Positions 48,611-60,132 are shown, counted from the first letter of the stretch. The stretch: 64,000 nt of DNA from an uncultured Verrucomicrobiae bacterium (GCA_963764165.1 CAVXRD010000002.1:2528001-2592000), one strand, 5' to 3'. The notes: generated by a model from the sequence alone, not told the origin. Program-made: numbers and translations.

Positions 48611-49831
48611 ATGAAACGACGCATTTATGTAGTTGACGATCAGGTGGCTGTGATGGAAACAGCCGTCTTGATTCTGCGTGGAATCGAAAGCCAGTGGGAG
48701 GTTGAAGGCTTCAGCGACCCTTTTACGGCGCTGGCGGCGGTCAAGGCTACCCCTCCCGATCTCGTGCTCTCGGACCAGCTTATGCCGGGCATGCAAGGCA
48801 GCCAGCTTCTGGAGGAAATCCGCAACATCGCGCCTGGCGCCATCCGGATTATCATGTCGGGTTATGTGTCGCTCAACCGGCTGACCCTCATTACTTCAGC
48901 CCATCAGTACATCGCCAAGCCATTTGACATCGGGCGCCTGCGCGAGGTGCTCCGCCGCAGCTTCGCCGCGCAGGAGCGTATCCAAAATTGCGGCCTGCAA
49001 AAGCTGGCGGCCTCGCTGCGCTCGATTCCCTCGCTGCCACAGGTTCATCAAACACTCTTGCAGGAGTTGAACGACAATCACACCGCCGGCACCGTCATTG
49101 CGCGGACCTTGGCGGAAGATCCGGGGCTTTCCATCAAAGTGCTCCAGTTGGCGAACTCCCCGCTTTTCGGGCGGGGGAATCTCATCACGAATCCCTCGGA
49201 GGCCGTCATGTGCCTTGGCACGGAGATGATCGCGGCCATTGTTCTTTCACAATGCCTGCTCCGGCACTACGAGCCCATGAGCCACGCTGAGTTTGATCCC
49301 AAGCGCGTTTGGGCGCATTGCTGGGAGACGGCCTGCCTCTCGCAGGTGTTGTGCCGGGAGAAGAAGCTTTCGCGGCGGGTGGCGGAAGAAGCGTTTCTGG
49401 CCGGGCTGCTGCATGAAGCGGGCCGCTATATTCTCATCGACAATTTTCCGGGAAAATATGGCGCCGCCTGCGCCCGGGCGCGCGAAGCGAAGTCTCCTCT
49501 TGTCCCGCACCTCGTCGAGGAGTTCAAATCGACTCCCGTTCAATTGACGGCTTATCTCATGGAACTCTGGGGCATGCCGGCCGAAGTGGTTGCCGCCTTG
49601 TCGCTGCTGGACCACCCGCAACAGGAGCCGGGCGGCGCGTTTTCGCTGGCTTCCGCCCTTTATCTGGCCGACCATCTGGCTTCGCGCGCAGCGCCGGCGG
49701 ATGATTTTCCCCAGGAACCATGGAATATGGATTACCTTCGTTCCATTGGATGCGAGGCCGACCTCGCTGAATGGGAAAAGCGTCCTATCCGCCGAAGCCC
49801 GTCCGCGCTTAACGAAAGCAAATTATGTTGA
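48611..49831 (+). CDS. Response regulator with HDOD domain
   Basis: VVDD, SDQLMPGMQG, KP; IPSLP, DPGLSIKVLQLANSPLF, AGLLHEAG, WGMP. Confidence 0.88.
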   Translation: MKRRIYVVDDQVAVMETAVLILRGIESQWEVEGFSDPFTALAAVKATPPDLVLSDQLMPGMQGSQLLEEIRNIAPGAIRIIMSGYVSLNRLTLITSAHQYIAKPFDIGRLREVLRRSFAAQERIQNCGLQKLAASLRSIPSLPQVHQTLLQELNDNHTAGTVIARTLAEDPGLSIKVLQLANSPLFGRGNLITNPSEAVMCLGTEMIAAIVLSQCLLRHYEPMSHAEFDPKRVWAHCWETACLSQVLCREKKLSRRVAEEAFLAGLLHEAGRYILIDNFPGKYGAACARAREAKSPLVPHLVEEFKSTPVQLTAYLMELWGMPAEVVAALSLLDHPQQEPGGAFSLASALYLADHLASRAAPADDFPQEPWNMDYLRSIGCEADLAEWEKRPIRRSPSALNESKLC

Positions 49832-50709
49832 CAGGAACCTATACCGCCATCGTCACGCCCTTTCGCGGCGGCCAGTTTGACGCCGTTGCCTTCAAGAAGC
49901 TCGTCGAGCTTCAGGTCAAAGGCGGGGTGGATGGCATTGTGCCGGTGGGCACCACCGGCGAATCGCCGACGCTGGATTACAAGGAGCATATTGAGGTGAT
50001 CGGCCACGCGGTCGAATACGCCGCGGGAAGGCTGCATGTCATGGCTGGAACCGGCGGCAATTCCACCAGCGAGGCCGTCTACTTGACGCGCGAGGCCGAG
50101 AAAGCCGGAGCCGACTCGACCCTGCAAGTGGCGCCGTATTACAACAAGCCGACGCAGGAGGGATTGTTCCAGCATTTTCTGGAGGTCAGCCGAGCGACCA
50201 AATTGCCCATCGTGCTCTACAGCGTTCCCTCGCGCTGCGGAGTGGAGATCGCGCCGGAAACCGTCCGGCGCCTCGCGACGGCCACTCCCAGAGTGGTGAG
50301 CATCAAGGAGGCCGGCGGCAATGCGGACCGCGTGAGCCAATTGCGCGCCGCCCTCGGCCCAAAATTCTCCATACTTTCCGGCGACGATGCGCTCATCGTG
50401 CCGTTCATGGCGCTCGGGGCGTGCGGCGTGGTAAGCGTGGCCTCGAATGTGGTGCCGCGCGAAGTGTCGAAGCTGGTGAAATTATTCCAATCCGGCAAAA
50501 CCGCGGCCGCGCTCAAAGTGCATGAACAGTTTTATCCGCTCTTCAAGGATTTGTTCATTGAATCCAATCCGCAACCGGTGAAAACCGCGCTCGCGATGAT
50601 GGGCTTGATTCAGGAAGAATTTCGCCTGCCGCTGGTCCCGATGAGCGCGAAAAATCGCGCCACACTTAAAGCGACATTGATCCAATGTGGAGTGCTGAAA
50701 CATGACTAG
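49825..50709 (+). CDS. dapA: 4-hydroxy-tetrahydrodipicolinate synthase
   Basis: GTTGESPTL, PYYNKP, IKEA, LSGDD, SNPQPVK. Confidence 0.95.
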   Translation: MLTGTYTAIVTPFRGGQFDAVAFKKLVELQVKGGVDGIVPVGTTGESPTLDYKEHIEVIGHAVEYAAGRLHVMAGTGGNSTSEAVYLTREAEKAGADSTLQVAPYYNKPTQEGLFQHFLEVSRATKLPIVLYSVPSRCGVEIAPETVRRLATATPRVVSIKEAGGNADRVSQLRAALGPKFSILSGDDALIVPFMALGACGVVSVASNVVPREVSKLVKLFQSGKTAAALKVHEQFYPLFKDLFIESNPQPVKTALAMMGLIQEEFRLPLVPMSAKNRATLKATLIQCGVLKHD

Positions 50710-51436
50710 AGTAATCATCGCCGGAGCCAAGGGCCGCATGGGAACCGCGCTGTTGCGCTGCGCGGAATCGACCTCGGGAATGACAGTAGCCGGCCGCCTC
50801 GATTCGGGGGACGATCTCGCGTCCATCATTTCCGCCACCGACGTCGTGGTGGATTTTACCGCTCACGACGCGACCATTGGGTTCGCAAAAATTTGCGCGG
50901 CGAACAAGAAACCCATGGTTATCGGCACCACCGGGCATTGCCCCGAGGATCGCGCGGCGCTGGCCAAATTTGCCTCGGAAATTCCAATCGTCCTTAGCTC
51001 GAATTATTCGACAGGAGTCAACGCCCTGTTTTGGTTGACACACAAGGCGGCGGAAATCCTCGGGCCGGGTTTTGATTTGGAGGTCGTCGAAATGCATCAC
51101 CGCCTGAAAAAAGACGCGCCCAGCGGCACGGCCGCCTCCCTCGCAAAAATCCTGGCCGACGCGCGATTCGTGTCGCTCGAAAAAGAAGCGCGGCATGGGC
51201 GCGAAGGATTGGTTGGGGAGCGCACGCCCTCGGAAATCGGCATTCATTCCATTCGTGGCGGAGATGTGGTGGGCGACCATACGGTTATTTTTGCGTCGAC
51301 CGGTGAGCGCGTGGAATTGACCCACAAAGCGTCGAGCCGCGACACCTTTGCCATCGGCGCGCTCCGGGCTGCGCGCTGGGTGGCCGGAAAGCCGCCCGGG
51401 CTATACGACATGCAGGATGTCCTCGGACTCAGATGA
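50702..51436 (+). CDS. dapB: 4-hydroxy-tetrahydrodipicolinate reductase
   Basis: GAKGRMG, GTTG, EMHHRLKKDAPSGTA, RGGDVVGDH. Confidence 0.95.
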   Translation: MTRVIIAGAKGRMGTALLRCAESTSGMTVAGRLDSGDDLASIISATDVVVDFTAHDATIGFAKICAANKKPMVIGTTGHCPEDRAALAKFASEIPIVLSSNYSTGVNALFWLTHKAAEILGPGFDLEVVEMHHRLKKDAPSGTAASLAKILADARFVSLEKEARHGREGLVGERTPSEIGIHSIRGGDVVGDHTVIFASTGERVELTHKASSRDTFAIGALRAARWVAGKPPGLYDMQDVLGLR

Positions 51437-51939
51437 GCGAGAGCGCGGACGACTTCGTGTTGGTTGCCTTGGGATCGAACCTGGGCGACCGCGCCGAACT
51501 CATCCGCCGGGCGTTCGATTCCCTGCAAGGGCTGGCGCGCTCGCCGATTCTGCGATCCTCGCTATGGCAAAGCTCCCCGGTGGATTGCCCGCCGGATTCA
51601 CCGCTCTTCGTGAACGCCGCCGCCGGATTTATCCCGCGCCCGGGGGAAACGCCGCATTCGCTATTGCGTCAACTGCAATTTATCGAAGCGTCCTTCGGGC
51701 GCCGCCGCCGCTCTGTTGTGAACGCGCCTCGCCCGCTCGATCTCGATTTAATCGCCTTCGGCCAGCGCATCGTCAATTCTCCCGGCCTGACCCTTCCCCA
51801 CCCACGCGCCCACACCCGCCGCTTCGTGTTGCAGCCGCTCTCCGAAATCGCCTCGGGTTTCACGCTCCCCGGCGCCAATCAAACCATCGCCGACCTACTC
51901 CGGGGATTATCCTGCGATGAAGCGGTGATGCGGATATAG
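51433..51939 (+). CDS. folK: 6-hydroxymethyl-7,8-dihydropterin pyrophosphokinase
   Basis: ALGSNLGDR, FVNA, PRPLDLDLI, LPHPR, FVLQPL. Confidence 0.93.
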   Translation: MSESADDFVLVALGSNLGDRAELIRRAFDSLQGLARSPILRSSLWQSSPVDCPPDSPLFVNAAAGFIPRPGETPHSLLRQLQFIEASFGRRRRSVVNAPRPLDLDLIAFGQRIVNSPGLTLPHPRAHTRRFVLQPLSEIASGFTLPGANQTIADLLRGLSCDEAVMRI

Positions 51940-51945
51940 TGACGC

Positions 51946-54900
51946 CTAATCCCATTGGCAGAGCGATTCCACATAGGCGGCGGAGCCGTCGCGGAGCCAG
52001 CCGTCGAGCTGGGCTTGGTCTTTCAACTGCTGGCCGCGCAGGCGCGGGACGACGAAGAAACGGCAATTCACTTCCGGCAACGCGCTCATGTCGCCCCAGA
52101 GTTTCTCGAATTGCGCGACGGGGAAAATATCTTCTTGACCGTGGCCCCACCGCTTTTTCACTTCTTTAAGAGTGATATAAGTCGGCATCCGCGCGGACAC
52201 TTTGCGAATGGCGGCGGATACCTTTTCGCCATCGGCAAGATCGTCGGCGGACAATTCGAACAGGGCGAGCAATTGCTGGATGTCAATCCATGTGCTCATT
52301 GAGTTGTAATAGGAAAGCGCGAATTCATCCTCTTCGCGCGGCATGGAGAGGCCCTCCAAAATTCGCGGGCGCCCCTGCACGCGAGCGAGGCCGCCGCCAC
52401 GATCCTCAAGGCGGCGCGTGATCACCTCGAACGACAGACAGGCGCCCTCGCGAATGTGCAATCCCAGCAAACCGGGATCAAGATCGACGCCGAGGCAGTC
52501 AATATTATGCAGCAGCAGGTAACGCAAATTGGGACGATCCTTGAGCAATTGGAGAAGGACGCCGTTGCGCATCATGTTCGACACCTCGTACCAGTGGCCG
52601 ACGGGATGCAGGCATTGCGCGGGGACGTTGTCCGTGTAATCGCTGCCTTCGCCAGTTTGTTTCGCCCAGCCGATCAGCGCGGCGCGCAAGCTCAGGCGGA
52701 CTTTTTGCGCCTGCTCATCCAGCATTTGCTGGGGCATTTCCTCCCAGAGAAATCGCAAATCGCGCTCCATCGGCACGAGGCGCAAACCAATGGCGCGGCC
52801 AGGCGAAAGCACGAGCGGCCCGGGGTAATTGTAATTTTTTCGGCGTTCCAAAAACTCCTCAATCGGCGCATGTGTCAAATAGCTGGTGGTCACCACATGC
52901 GGAATTTCGAGCTCGTATTCGCGGCCCGCGCGCCTGCTCTTGGCCAGGTGCGCCTCCAGAAACGTGCGATGCCGGCCGCCGAGTTTGCAGAACGGATGCA
53001 GCGCCTTGACCACACCCGCGCCCTGCGTCCAGCGGCTTCCCACGCCAGCGGCAAGCGTCACCACCGCGACCGAGCCGCGGGCAATCGCCTCCGCGCCGAG
53101 CGCCGTGCAATCGCGCGGCAGCGCACCGGTTGCGTCAATAATATCTTCAGGCTGGACGTCGGAAATCACCGCGCTGGCGGGCAGCCGGTTTTGCGCCAGG
53201 CCGATGCGGCCATTCTTCAAATCCGCCCGGATGTGCTCGTGCTCGGCCCTGTCAAAACCATTTTCCACCAGCATGGCCTCCAGCGTGCGCTCCTTGTCCG
53301 ATTTTCGCGCGGCTTGGGGCAGCAAACGGTCGACGATTTTTTGCATCGCAACTCCCCATTCCGATTGCGTCTTGGCCGCGGCGGCCAGCTTGTCGATTTC
53401 GGCGCGCCGGGACGGAATCAGGCTTTGCAAATCCAATTTCAGCAGCGGCGGCACAATCATCTCATAGTAGGATGGCGGCAGCAGCGCGGTCTCTCCTGTC
53501 AATAATACTGACCAGGTCCCGCGCTCGTTGATGGCGAAATCGTAGACCACCGGCTCCATCGCGAACGGAAGCGCGTTCTCCAATTCGCGCTTGGTTGCCA
53601 GCATGATCGATTGCAGGCGGTCCTGCGCCTCCTGCTTGCGTTCCGGCGCAAAAATGAATCCCATGCCGCCGCCCGACATGCCGCCCAGCATCCAGAATCC
53701 CCAAAAATCACCGCCAAATTCCGCCCGCGCTTTGTCAATCAAAACTTCCGTGTAATGCGTGCCGGCCCAGGGAATAATGGTTTGCAGCGGCCCGGAGAAA
53801 TTCCGCCAGGTGGCCGCGCCAATGCGGCGGACATCCTCGTCCCGCAATGCGGCGAGCACTTCGTCGAGCACCCCGAGAGCTTCTCCGCGCGCATCCCATT
53901 CCGGCTGGCTGCGGAGCAGATATTTCTCGGTGACCATTTCCAAGATAGGCCCGACGTTTTGCGCCATGCCGCCATGCACCAGCACAAGGCTGTCCTGCAA
54001 TTTGCGGCGGACCGTTTCAGACGCATCGGCTGGGCCAAACACCTTGTGCGTCGGCATGAGGCGGCCGCGGCTGAGGCCAAATTCCGCATCGCCCTCGGCG
54101 GCAGCCGCGCCCTGGATCAATTTGAGCCCGGGCCAGACGCCGCCGGAATCCTGCCAGCCGCCGCCTGATCCGCCGATCCATTCGCCGAGAATCGCACGGG
54201 CCAGAACCAATCGCCGCTCCGGCTCGGCCAGTCCGCCTTCCAGCGAATGCGCCTGGCCGGTCGCCCGCATGCAGGCGGAAATGAGCGCGGCCAGCAAATT
54301 CGTTGAGACGGCGAGGCGCGAGCCTTTAGGAATATTATTGACGCTGCTGACCATCTCGATTCCGCGCCCCGGGCCGAGAATGTGCGCCAGCAAATCAGCC
54401 AGGCTTTGGCCCGAACCTTCAATGCCCGGCGGCACAATGCCCGCCGCAATGATGGCTGCTTTCAACAACCCGAGATAATCGCGCGCAAAATCGAAAACTT
54501 CCGCCAGGCTGCTGATGTCGGCCGACGCCCCCAGGTCAATGCTGGCCAGGCGAAGCACCGGTTCGTCAATGACGCGCAGGTAAACTTCGATAGGCGGCTT
54601 GGGCGCGCGGTCACGCCCGCGCACACCGAGATTCACCGAAACATTCAGCACTTTCGCGCCCTCGGGATAATCCATGCCGAGGAAGAAAATATCGCTCCAT
54701 GCGCTGTGCGTGAGATCCATTCGAACCGGAGTTTCCTCGCGCAGCACAGGATAGCAGCCATCCGGCCCGCGTTGCAAAAGTTCCGGGCGGAATCGCAGCG
54801 GCTGGTCCGCCGGGTGGCCCATGCGAAACATCCATTGATTGCCCGGGACAGACCGCACGCTCCGGCGCACCTGGTCCGCCAGCGTTTGGATGCCGAGCCG

Positions 54901-55266
54901 GTAATACGCCGAAGCGAGCGCGCTCGAGATGGCGTCGCTGGGGCCGTCTTTGCGCTGGGCGTCAAGAAACGTTTTGATCGCTTCCTCGAACCGGCGCTGG
55001 AGCAAATGATTCCAGCCCGTAAATGGAATCAGCCCTCGGCGCTGCAAGCCGGCGCGAGCGGGCAAATGAAAGCGATGCAACGCATACAGAAAAATCAATG
55101 CCCTGACCCGCTCGTATAAACTTTCGCTGACGCGGCGGAATTGTTCCAAATCTTCGCATTCCGCCAAAAGCTCACCGAGGGACGCGTCCGCGCAAGCCGA
55201 GTCAAGCGATTGATGGCGAACCGAGGGCTCCGCCGACGTTATGATGTCGCGCAGGCGCAATCTCAT
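51946..55266 (-). CDS. Fusion of a GHMP sugar kinase and a UDPGP-family (USP/UAP-type) nucleotidyltransferase
   Basis: [37 protein letters not shown]-terminal [21 protein letters not shown]. Confidence 0.78.
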   Translation of the reverse strand: MRLRLRDIITSAEPSVRHQSLDSACADASLGELLAECEDLEQFRRVSESLYERVRALIFLYALHRFHLPARAGLQRRGLIPFTGWNHLLQRRFEEAIKTFLDAQRKDGPSDAISSALASAYYRLGIQTLADQVRRSVRSVPGNQWMFRMGHPADQPLRFRPELLQRGPDGCYPVLREETPVRMDLTHSAWSDIFFLGMDYPEGAKVLNVSVNLGVRGRDRAPKPPIEVYLRVIDEPVLRLASIDLGASADISSLAEVFDFARDYLGLLKAAIIAAGIVPPGIEGSGQSLADLLAHILGPGRGIEMVSSVNNIPKGSRLAVSTNLLAALISACMRATGQAHSLEGGLAEPERRLVLARAILGEWIGGSGGGWQDSGGVWPGLKLIQGAAAAEGDAEFGLSRGRLMPTHKVFGPADASETVRRKLQDSLVLVHGGMAQNVGPILEMVTEKYLLRSQPEWDARGEALGVLDEVLAALRDEDVRRIGAATWRNFSGPLQTIIPWAGTHYTEVLIDKARAEFGGDFWGFWMLGGMSGGGMGFIFAPERKQEAQDRLQSIMLATKRELENALPFAMEPVVYDFAINERGTWSVLLTGETALLPPSYYEMIVPPLLKLDLQSLIPSRRAEIDKLAAAAKTQSEWGVAMQKIVDRLLPQAARKSDKERTLEAMLVENGFDRAEHEHIRADLKNGRIGLAQNRLPASAVISDVQPEDIIDATGALPRDCTALGAEAIARGSVAVVTLAAGVGSRWTQGAGVVKALHPFCKLGGRHRTFLEAHLAKSRRAGREYELEIPHVVTTSYLTHAPIEEFLERRKNYNYPGPLVLSPGRAIGLRLVPMERDLRFLWEEMPQQMLDEQAQKVRLSLRAALIGWAKQTGEGSDYTDNVPAQCLHPVGHWYEVSNMMRNGVLLQLLKDRPNLRYLLLHNIDCLGVDLDPGLLGLHIREGACLSFEVITRRLEDRGGGLARVQGRPRILEGLSMPREEDEFALSYYNSMSTWIDIQQLLALFELSADDLADGEKVSAAIRKVSARMPTYITLKEVKKRWGHGQEDIFPVAQFEKLWGDMSALPEVNCRFFVVPRLRGQQLKDQAQLDGWLRDGSAAYVESLCQWD

Positions 55267-56117
55267 GGCGCCGGGGCCGATGCGCCTTTCACCGCCAGCA
55301 TTTCGACCAGGTTCGAAAGCACCTCGTCCCGGTCTTTTCCGTCGAGGGCGAGCGCCATTTGAGCTGTCAACAATCCGTATTTCAAGCCGATGTCATAGCG
55401 GCGGCCCTCCAATTCCAGTGCGAGATAACGCTCGCGCGCGGCCAGCGAATGCAGCACCGCGCTGAGCGTGACTCCGTTCCACTGGCCGGCGCCCATTTCA
55501 TCCAATCGTTCCATGACCATCGGCGTCAGCACGTGCATTCCGAAAAAGCACAGGTAACGCCCGGCCCGCAAGCCGGGAACAAGCAGGCGCTGCTCGGCTT
55601 CGGTCGGCGTCGGTTTTTCGAGAACGGTGTCGATTTGATAAAGCCTCTGCCGCCCCGGCGCCAATCGTCCGCCCACCGCCCCATAATGCGGCAGTTTGCT
55701 TTCGTGCGTGGCTTGGACAGCGGAGACCGCGCACGCCTCGGCGCTCGCGACACCCACAAGCTGCTGGGCGCAATTTTTCCCGCCGCTGCTGACGTAAAGA
55801 TGATCGCCGACCAACAGCAGAAACGGGTCCTGCCCGGTGAAACTCGCGGCGCAATGAACCGCATGGCCGTAACCCAGCGGCGCGGCTTGCTCGACAAATT
55901 GCAGTCGTCCCGCCAGCGCTCCCGCCGCAGTGCGGTATGCCTCGCGATCACCCGGCCAAATGACGATGCAGACTTCTTCGACGCCCGCCTTAAGCACTTC
56001 CGCGACGACAATGGCCAGCGCGGTCTTGGGGCATCCGTCGGGGTCCACCAACGATTGAAGCGGGAGCGTGCGCTGATTTTTTCCAGCGGCGGTTATGACG
56101 GCTTTCTTGATTTGCAC
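55263..56117 (-). CDS. Sugar-phosphate nucleotidyltransferase (GalU-like)
   Basis: [35 protein letters not shown] start; overlaps the fusion gene. Confidence 0.82.
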   Translation of the reverse strand: MQIKKAVITAAGKNQRTLPLQSLVDPDGCPKTALAIVVAEVLKAGVEEVCIVIWPGDREAYRTAAGALAGRLQFVEQAAPLGYGHAVHCAASFTGQDPFLLLVGDHLYVSSGGKNCAQQLVGVASAEACAVSAVQATHESKLPHYGAVGGRLAPGRQRLYQIDTVLEKPTPTEAEQRLLVPGLRAGRYLCFFGMHVLTPMVMERLDEMGAGQWNGVTLSAVLHSLAARERYLALELEGRRYDIGLKYGLLTAQMALALDGKDRDEVLSNLVEMLAVKGASAPAP

Positions 56118-56291
56118 AGGGCTTTGATGTTTGACGATAGAATCTCCGAGGCCCGGATTTTTTCAACGTTAAACAGATCAATTGGCCTATCCGGGGTGTG
56201 ATTGAAAGTGGGGGGAGGCGCGCGAGGTCGCTTTGTGCGAAGCGCGGCTGTGTCGAAGACCGGCCGCAGCCACGTGGAAACCAGTGGCGCC

Positions 56292-57779
56292 TCAGTGCGC
56301 TGACAACGGCTCCGCCAAAGTTTCCAAGCTTTGCTGTTCGGCCTTCACGCCGCAGGTGGCTTCGATGGCGGCGGCGGCGAGCATGAGTCCGGCGCTGGCG
56401 AGATAGCCGCAAAGGAGGTTCACGCGCGATCCTGTCGCAACCAGCGCGCCGAATAACCACGGCGCAACCACTCCGCCAATCCCCGTCCCGACGGCGAAGA
56501 AAAACGCTATGGCCAGCCCCCGCGTTTCCAATGGAAATATTTCGCTGACCGTCAAATAGGCCGAGCTGGCCGCGGGCGACGCAAAGAAGAAAATCACCGT
56601 CCAGAGAACCGTTTGCTGCGTGGCTGAGATCGAGCCCCGGCTGAATAACCATGCCGTCACAGCCAGCAGGATGGCGGAAATTGTGTAGGTGCCGGAAATC
56701 ATTTTTCGCCGGCCAATCGTGTCAAAGAAATGCCCCAGCACAATTGGACCCAGAAAATTTCCCAAGGCAAAGGGCAGAAGATAAAGGCCAGTTTTTTCGC
56801 CGGGGATGTTGTAAAATTTTGTCAATACTAACGCGTAAGTGAAAAACACCGCGTTGTAAAAAAATGCCTGCGACACCATCAGCGCCAACCCGAGCAGCGC
56901 TCGCGCTCGATACTGGAGAAACATGGCCTTCGCGATCATGCCGAAACCGTATTTTGTCTGCGGCCGGATCTTCAGCGGTTCGCCGGTTGGCGCCGGCAAA
57001 TCGCCGCCATGGGACTCTTTGACGCGATCTTCAATTTCCGCCGTGATGCGCTCGGCTTCTTCCGGATGCCCGTGTGTCAGCAGCCAGCGCGGGCTTTCCG
57101 GGACAAATCGCCGCAGGTATAAAACGCAAAGCCCAATGACCCCTCCAATGGCAAAGCCCAATCTCCAGCCGACATTCACTCCGAAATGTTGAGGGTCCAA
57201 AATAACGAGGGTCGAAAGCGATCCCGCCGCCGCGCCGAGCCAATAACTCCCGTTCACAATCAAATCCACGCGGCCGCGCAGCCGGGCTGGAATCAATTCG
57301 TCGATGGCGGAATTGATCGCGGAATACTCGCCCCCGATTCCAGCGCCTGTTAGAAATCGGAAGAGGCAAAAGCTCCAAAGATTCCAAGAGATCGCGGAAA
57401 GAATGACGCCGCACAAATAAATGATGAGTGTCACAAAGAATAATTTGCGCCGCCCGTAGCGGTCCGTGGCCCACCCGAATACGAGCGAGCCCAGCACCGC
57501 GCCGACAAGGTACCAGGACGCCAGCACGCCGATTTGCGCCGGTTTCAAAGCGAGCGTGTGCGGATTTCCCAGCACGCCGCTGATCGCGCCCACCAGTGTC
57601 ACTTCGAGCCCGTCAAGAATCCAAGTGACGCCAAGCGACATGATGACCAGCCAATGGAAACGGCTCCACGGCAGACGATCGATGCGCTGCGGAATGTGGG
57701 TTTCGATGGTGCCGGAAGCGGTTGAAGCCGAGCTTGAGTTTGGCTCGTTTGGGACTGCGTTTGTCGTGTGATCCGGCAT
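56292..57779 (-). CDS. MFS transporter (sugar/organic-acid type)
   Basis: DRYGRR, GAGIGGEY, ELIPARLRG, PESPRWL, DTIGRR, SEIFP. Confidence 0.9.
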   Translation of the reverse strand: MPDHTTNAVPNEPNSSSASTASGTIETHIPQRIDRLPWSRFHWLVIMSLGVTWILDGLEVTLVGAISGVLGNPHTLALKPAQIGVLASWYLVGAVLGSLVFGWATDRYGRRKLFFVTLIIYLCGVILSAISWNLWSFCLFRFLTGAGIGGEYSAINSAIDELIPARLRGRVDLIVNGSYWLGAAAGSLSTLVILDPQHFGVNVGWRLGFAIGGVIGLCVLYLRRFVPESPRWLLTHGHPEEAERITAEIEDRVKESHGGDLPAPTGEPLKIRPQTKYGFGMIAKAMFLQYRARALLGLALMVSQAFFYNAVFFTYALVLTKFYNIPGEKTGLYLLPFALGNFLGPIVLGHFFDTIGRRKMISGTYTISAILLAVTAWLFSRGSISATQQTVLWTVIFFFASPAASSAYLTVSEIFPLETRGLAIAFFFAVGTGIGGVVAPWLFGALVATGSRVNLLCGYLASAGLMLAAAAIEATCGVKAEQQSLETLAEPLSAH

Positions 57780-57880
57780 CCGTTCCTCCGTTGCAGTCAC
57801 ATTAATGGCCGCTCGGCCGGATTCAATTCGGTGGCGGCATGAAATGGTTATCGGGTATTCCCCTTTTGGGCGGGCAAGAA

Positions 57881-58043
57881 TTTAATCTGGAACCTAGGAA
57901 ATCAGGAAAAGAGGCCGGAGTTGGTTTTCACGCGCAGACAAATTCGTATCCGGTTCAAATATTCTTCCCATTATTCACATTACTCCCATCGCGAAGAAAA
58001 TGCCCCCGGCCTCGTTTCCTGATTTCTTGAGTTCCAGATTAAA
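57881..58043. repeat. Inverted-repeat doublet (GGAAATCAGGAA type)
   Basis: tttaatctggaacctaggaaatcaggaaa ... tttcctgatttcttgagttccagattaaa; single arm also at 30250-30276. Confidence 0.75.
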
Positions 58044-58080
58044 TAATTCCCATTTCTTTCCTGCCGTCGCAAACTGCGGT

Positions 58081-59190
58081 GTGCGTTTGCTGGATCGTTA
58101 CTTATTGCGCGAGCTGCTCGTGCCTTTGGGATATTGCCTGGGTGGGTTCCTGATTTTTTACGTCGCGTTTGACCTGATTTTTCAGATCAACCGTTTTCTC
58201 GATGCGCACCTGCTTTTTGTTGACATTGTCGAGTATTATGTTGTCACGCTGCCGGAGTTGCTGGCGGAACAGGTTTTGCCCGTCTCGCTGCTGCTCGCAC
58301 TGCTCTACGCGACCACCAATCACAGCCGCTACAACGAACTGACCGCTATTCGCGCCGCTGGTGTCAGCTTGTGGCGGCTGTCCGTGCCGTATTTTGCGAC
58401 TGGCGCGGCTTTCGGCGTCGTCATTTTTTTGATCGGCGAATTCTGGCTGTCCTCTGCGGATGAGCGCGCGAAGATCATTTTGGATCGCCACCAGGAGGTC
58501 GCCACCGAGCGCAGCCAGGCCACGCGCCTGACGTTTCACAACGACGCCACCCATCGCGATTGGACCATCAGCCGCTTCAACCGCGCGACCGGCGAACTGT
58601 TCCATCCGGTGATTCAATCGCACATGCCGGACGGCTCCGCGCAGACGCTCGCCTCTGAGCGCGCCGAGTACCACGAGGGCAAATGGAGTTTTTACAACGT
58701 CACGAATTGGGTTAAGGCAACCAATTCTGACTTTCCAAACTCGACGAACTACGCCAAGGTCACGCTTGAGCTGCCGGAGACGCCTGCCTGGATTCGGAGC
58801 GAAATCAAATTCCACTCGTTCCGCACCGCGGATGCCGCCAAAGGCCCGAAATTTTCAATGGGCGAAATCCGCAATTTTTTGAAGCTCCACCCGCAAATCG
58901 AAAAAGATAAAAAGGACAGGTTGTTGACACAATTTCAGGCGCGGCTGGCTGCGCCTTTTACGTGCCTGGCGGTGGTGCTGATCGCGCTCCCTTTCGGCGC
59001 GCGAACCGGGCGGCATAATGTGTTCGTCGGCGTAGCCAGCAGCATCTTCATTTGCTTCGCCTACTTCATCATGCAGAAGATCTCTTACGGACTTGGGCTG
59101 GGAGGATTTCTGCCGCCCTTCCTTGCGGCCTGGCTTCCGAATATCGTGTGCGGCGGAACCGGGCTGATCCTGCTCACGCGTGTCAGATAA
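58081..59190 (+). CDS. LptF/LptG-family LPS export permease
   Basis: RLLDRYLLRE, NELTAIRAAGVS, AAWLPN; GTG start. Confidence 0.9.
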   Translation: MRLLDRYLLRELLVPLGYCLGGFLIFYVAFDLIFQINRFLDAHLLFVDIVEYYVVTLPELLAEQVLPVSLLLALLYATTNHSRYNELTAIRAAGVSLWRLSVPYFATGAAFGVVIFLIGEFWLSSADERAKIILDRHQEVATERSQATRLTFHNDATHRDWTISRFNRATGELFHPVIQSHMPDGSAQTLASERAEYHEGKWSFYNVTNWVKATNSDFPNSTNYAKVTLELPETPAWIRSEIKFHSFRTADAAKGPKFSMGEIRNFLKLHPQIEKDKKDRLLTQFQARLAAPFTCLAVVLIALPFGARTGRHNVFVGVASSIFICFAYFIMQKISYGLGLGGFLPPFLAAWLPNIVCGGTGLILLTRVR

Positions 59191-59206
59191 ATGCGCTTGG
59201 CTCCAG

Positions 59207-59283
59207 GGCAGGGACGCCTCGCCGAGGCGTCCGGTTGCGCTTGAATCATGCCTCACCCCGGACGCCTCGGCGAGGCGTCTACC
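59207..59283. repeat. REP doublet; internally deleted sister of 43255-43355
   Basis: Identical arms and spacer ends (ccggttgcgc..tgaat.atgcctcaccccgg); lies between convergent genes. Confidence 0.8.
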
Positions 59284-59304
59284 TTAAAAGATGCGTGGGC
59301 GAGC

Positions 59305-60132
59305 TTACTTTCCCGGCTCTGCAAACAGCACCGTGAAAGCTTTCAGGAAACGCGCCATTTCGTCCTTCTTGCTTTCGCCCATGGCCAGCACTTCCTTGTG
59401 GGCGAGGATGCCGGCTTTTTCGTCGCCGCCAGCTTTGTTGGTGACGCAGGAAATTCCAGCCACTGCCAACCCGCATTGGCGGGCCACGATGGCCTCGGGG
59501 ACGGTGCTCATGCCGATGGCGTCCGCTCCCAGCGTTCGGAAGGCGCGGATTTCGGCTGGCGTTTCGTAATTCGGACCCGACACCGCCATATAAACGCCGA
59601 CGTGCAGGCGCAGCTTGCTTTTCTTGGCCGCCTTCCTGGCGACCTTGATCAACCGCCGGTCGTAGACGCGTGTCAAATCCACGAATCGCGGCAAGCCAGG
59701 CAGGGCCGGGCCGCGCAAGGGGTTCGCGCCCATCAAATTAATATGATCATCCAGCGCCATGAAATCGCCGGAGCGATAATTCTTGTTTATGGCCCCAGCA
59801 GCGTTCGTCAACAACAGCGTTTTCACTCCGAATTCCGCCAGCACGCGAACCGGGAATGTCAGCCGCTCCATTTCAACGCCTTCGTAATAATGAACGCGCC
59901 CCTTCAGCACGAGCACCGGAATTCCGTCAAAGGTGCCGACGACCAATTTGCCCGCGTGGCCCGTCACACCGACCGTTGGGAAGCCCGGCAATTGGCCATA
60001 TGCAATTTCCCGGGCGACATCGAGGTGAGTCAAGGCCTGCTGAAAACCGCTGCCGAGAACCATCCCCAGAACGGGGCGGAGGCTGGTTTCCTTGCGGAGC
60101 GTCGCGGCGGTGATTTTTGGATCAAACATCAT
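59305..60132 (-). CDS. punA: Purine nucleoside phosphorylase (trimeric type)
   Basis: VLGSG, GHAGKL, GRVHYYEG, TNAAG, GPNYETPAE, GMSTVPE. Confidence 0.92.
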   Translation of the reverse strand: MMFDPKITAATLRKETSLRPVLGMVLGSGFQQALTHLDVAREIAYGQLPGFPTVGVTGHAGKLVVGTFDGIPVLVLKGRVHYYEGVEMERLTFPVRVLAEFGVKTLLLTNAAGAINKNYRSGDFMALDDHINLMGANPLRGPALPGLPRFVDLTRVYDRRLIKVARKAAKKSKLRLHVGVYMAVSGPNYETPAEIRAFRTLGADAIGMSTVPEAIVARQCGLAVAGISCVTNKAGGDEKAGILAHKEVLAMGESKKDEMARFLKAFTVLFAEPGK

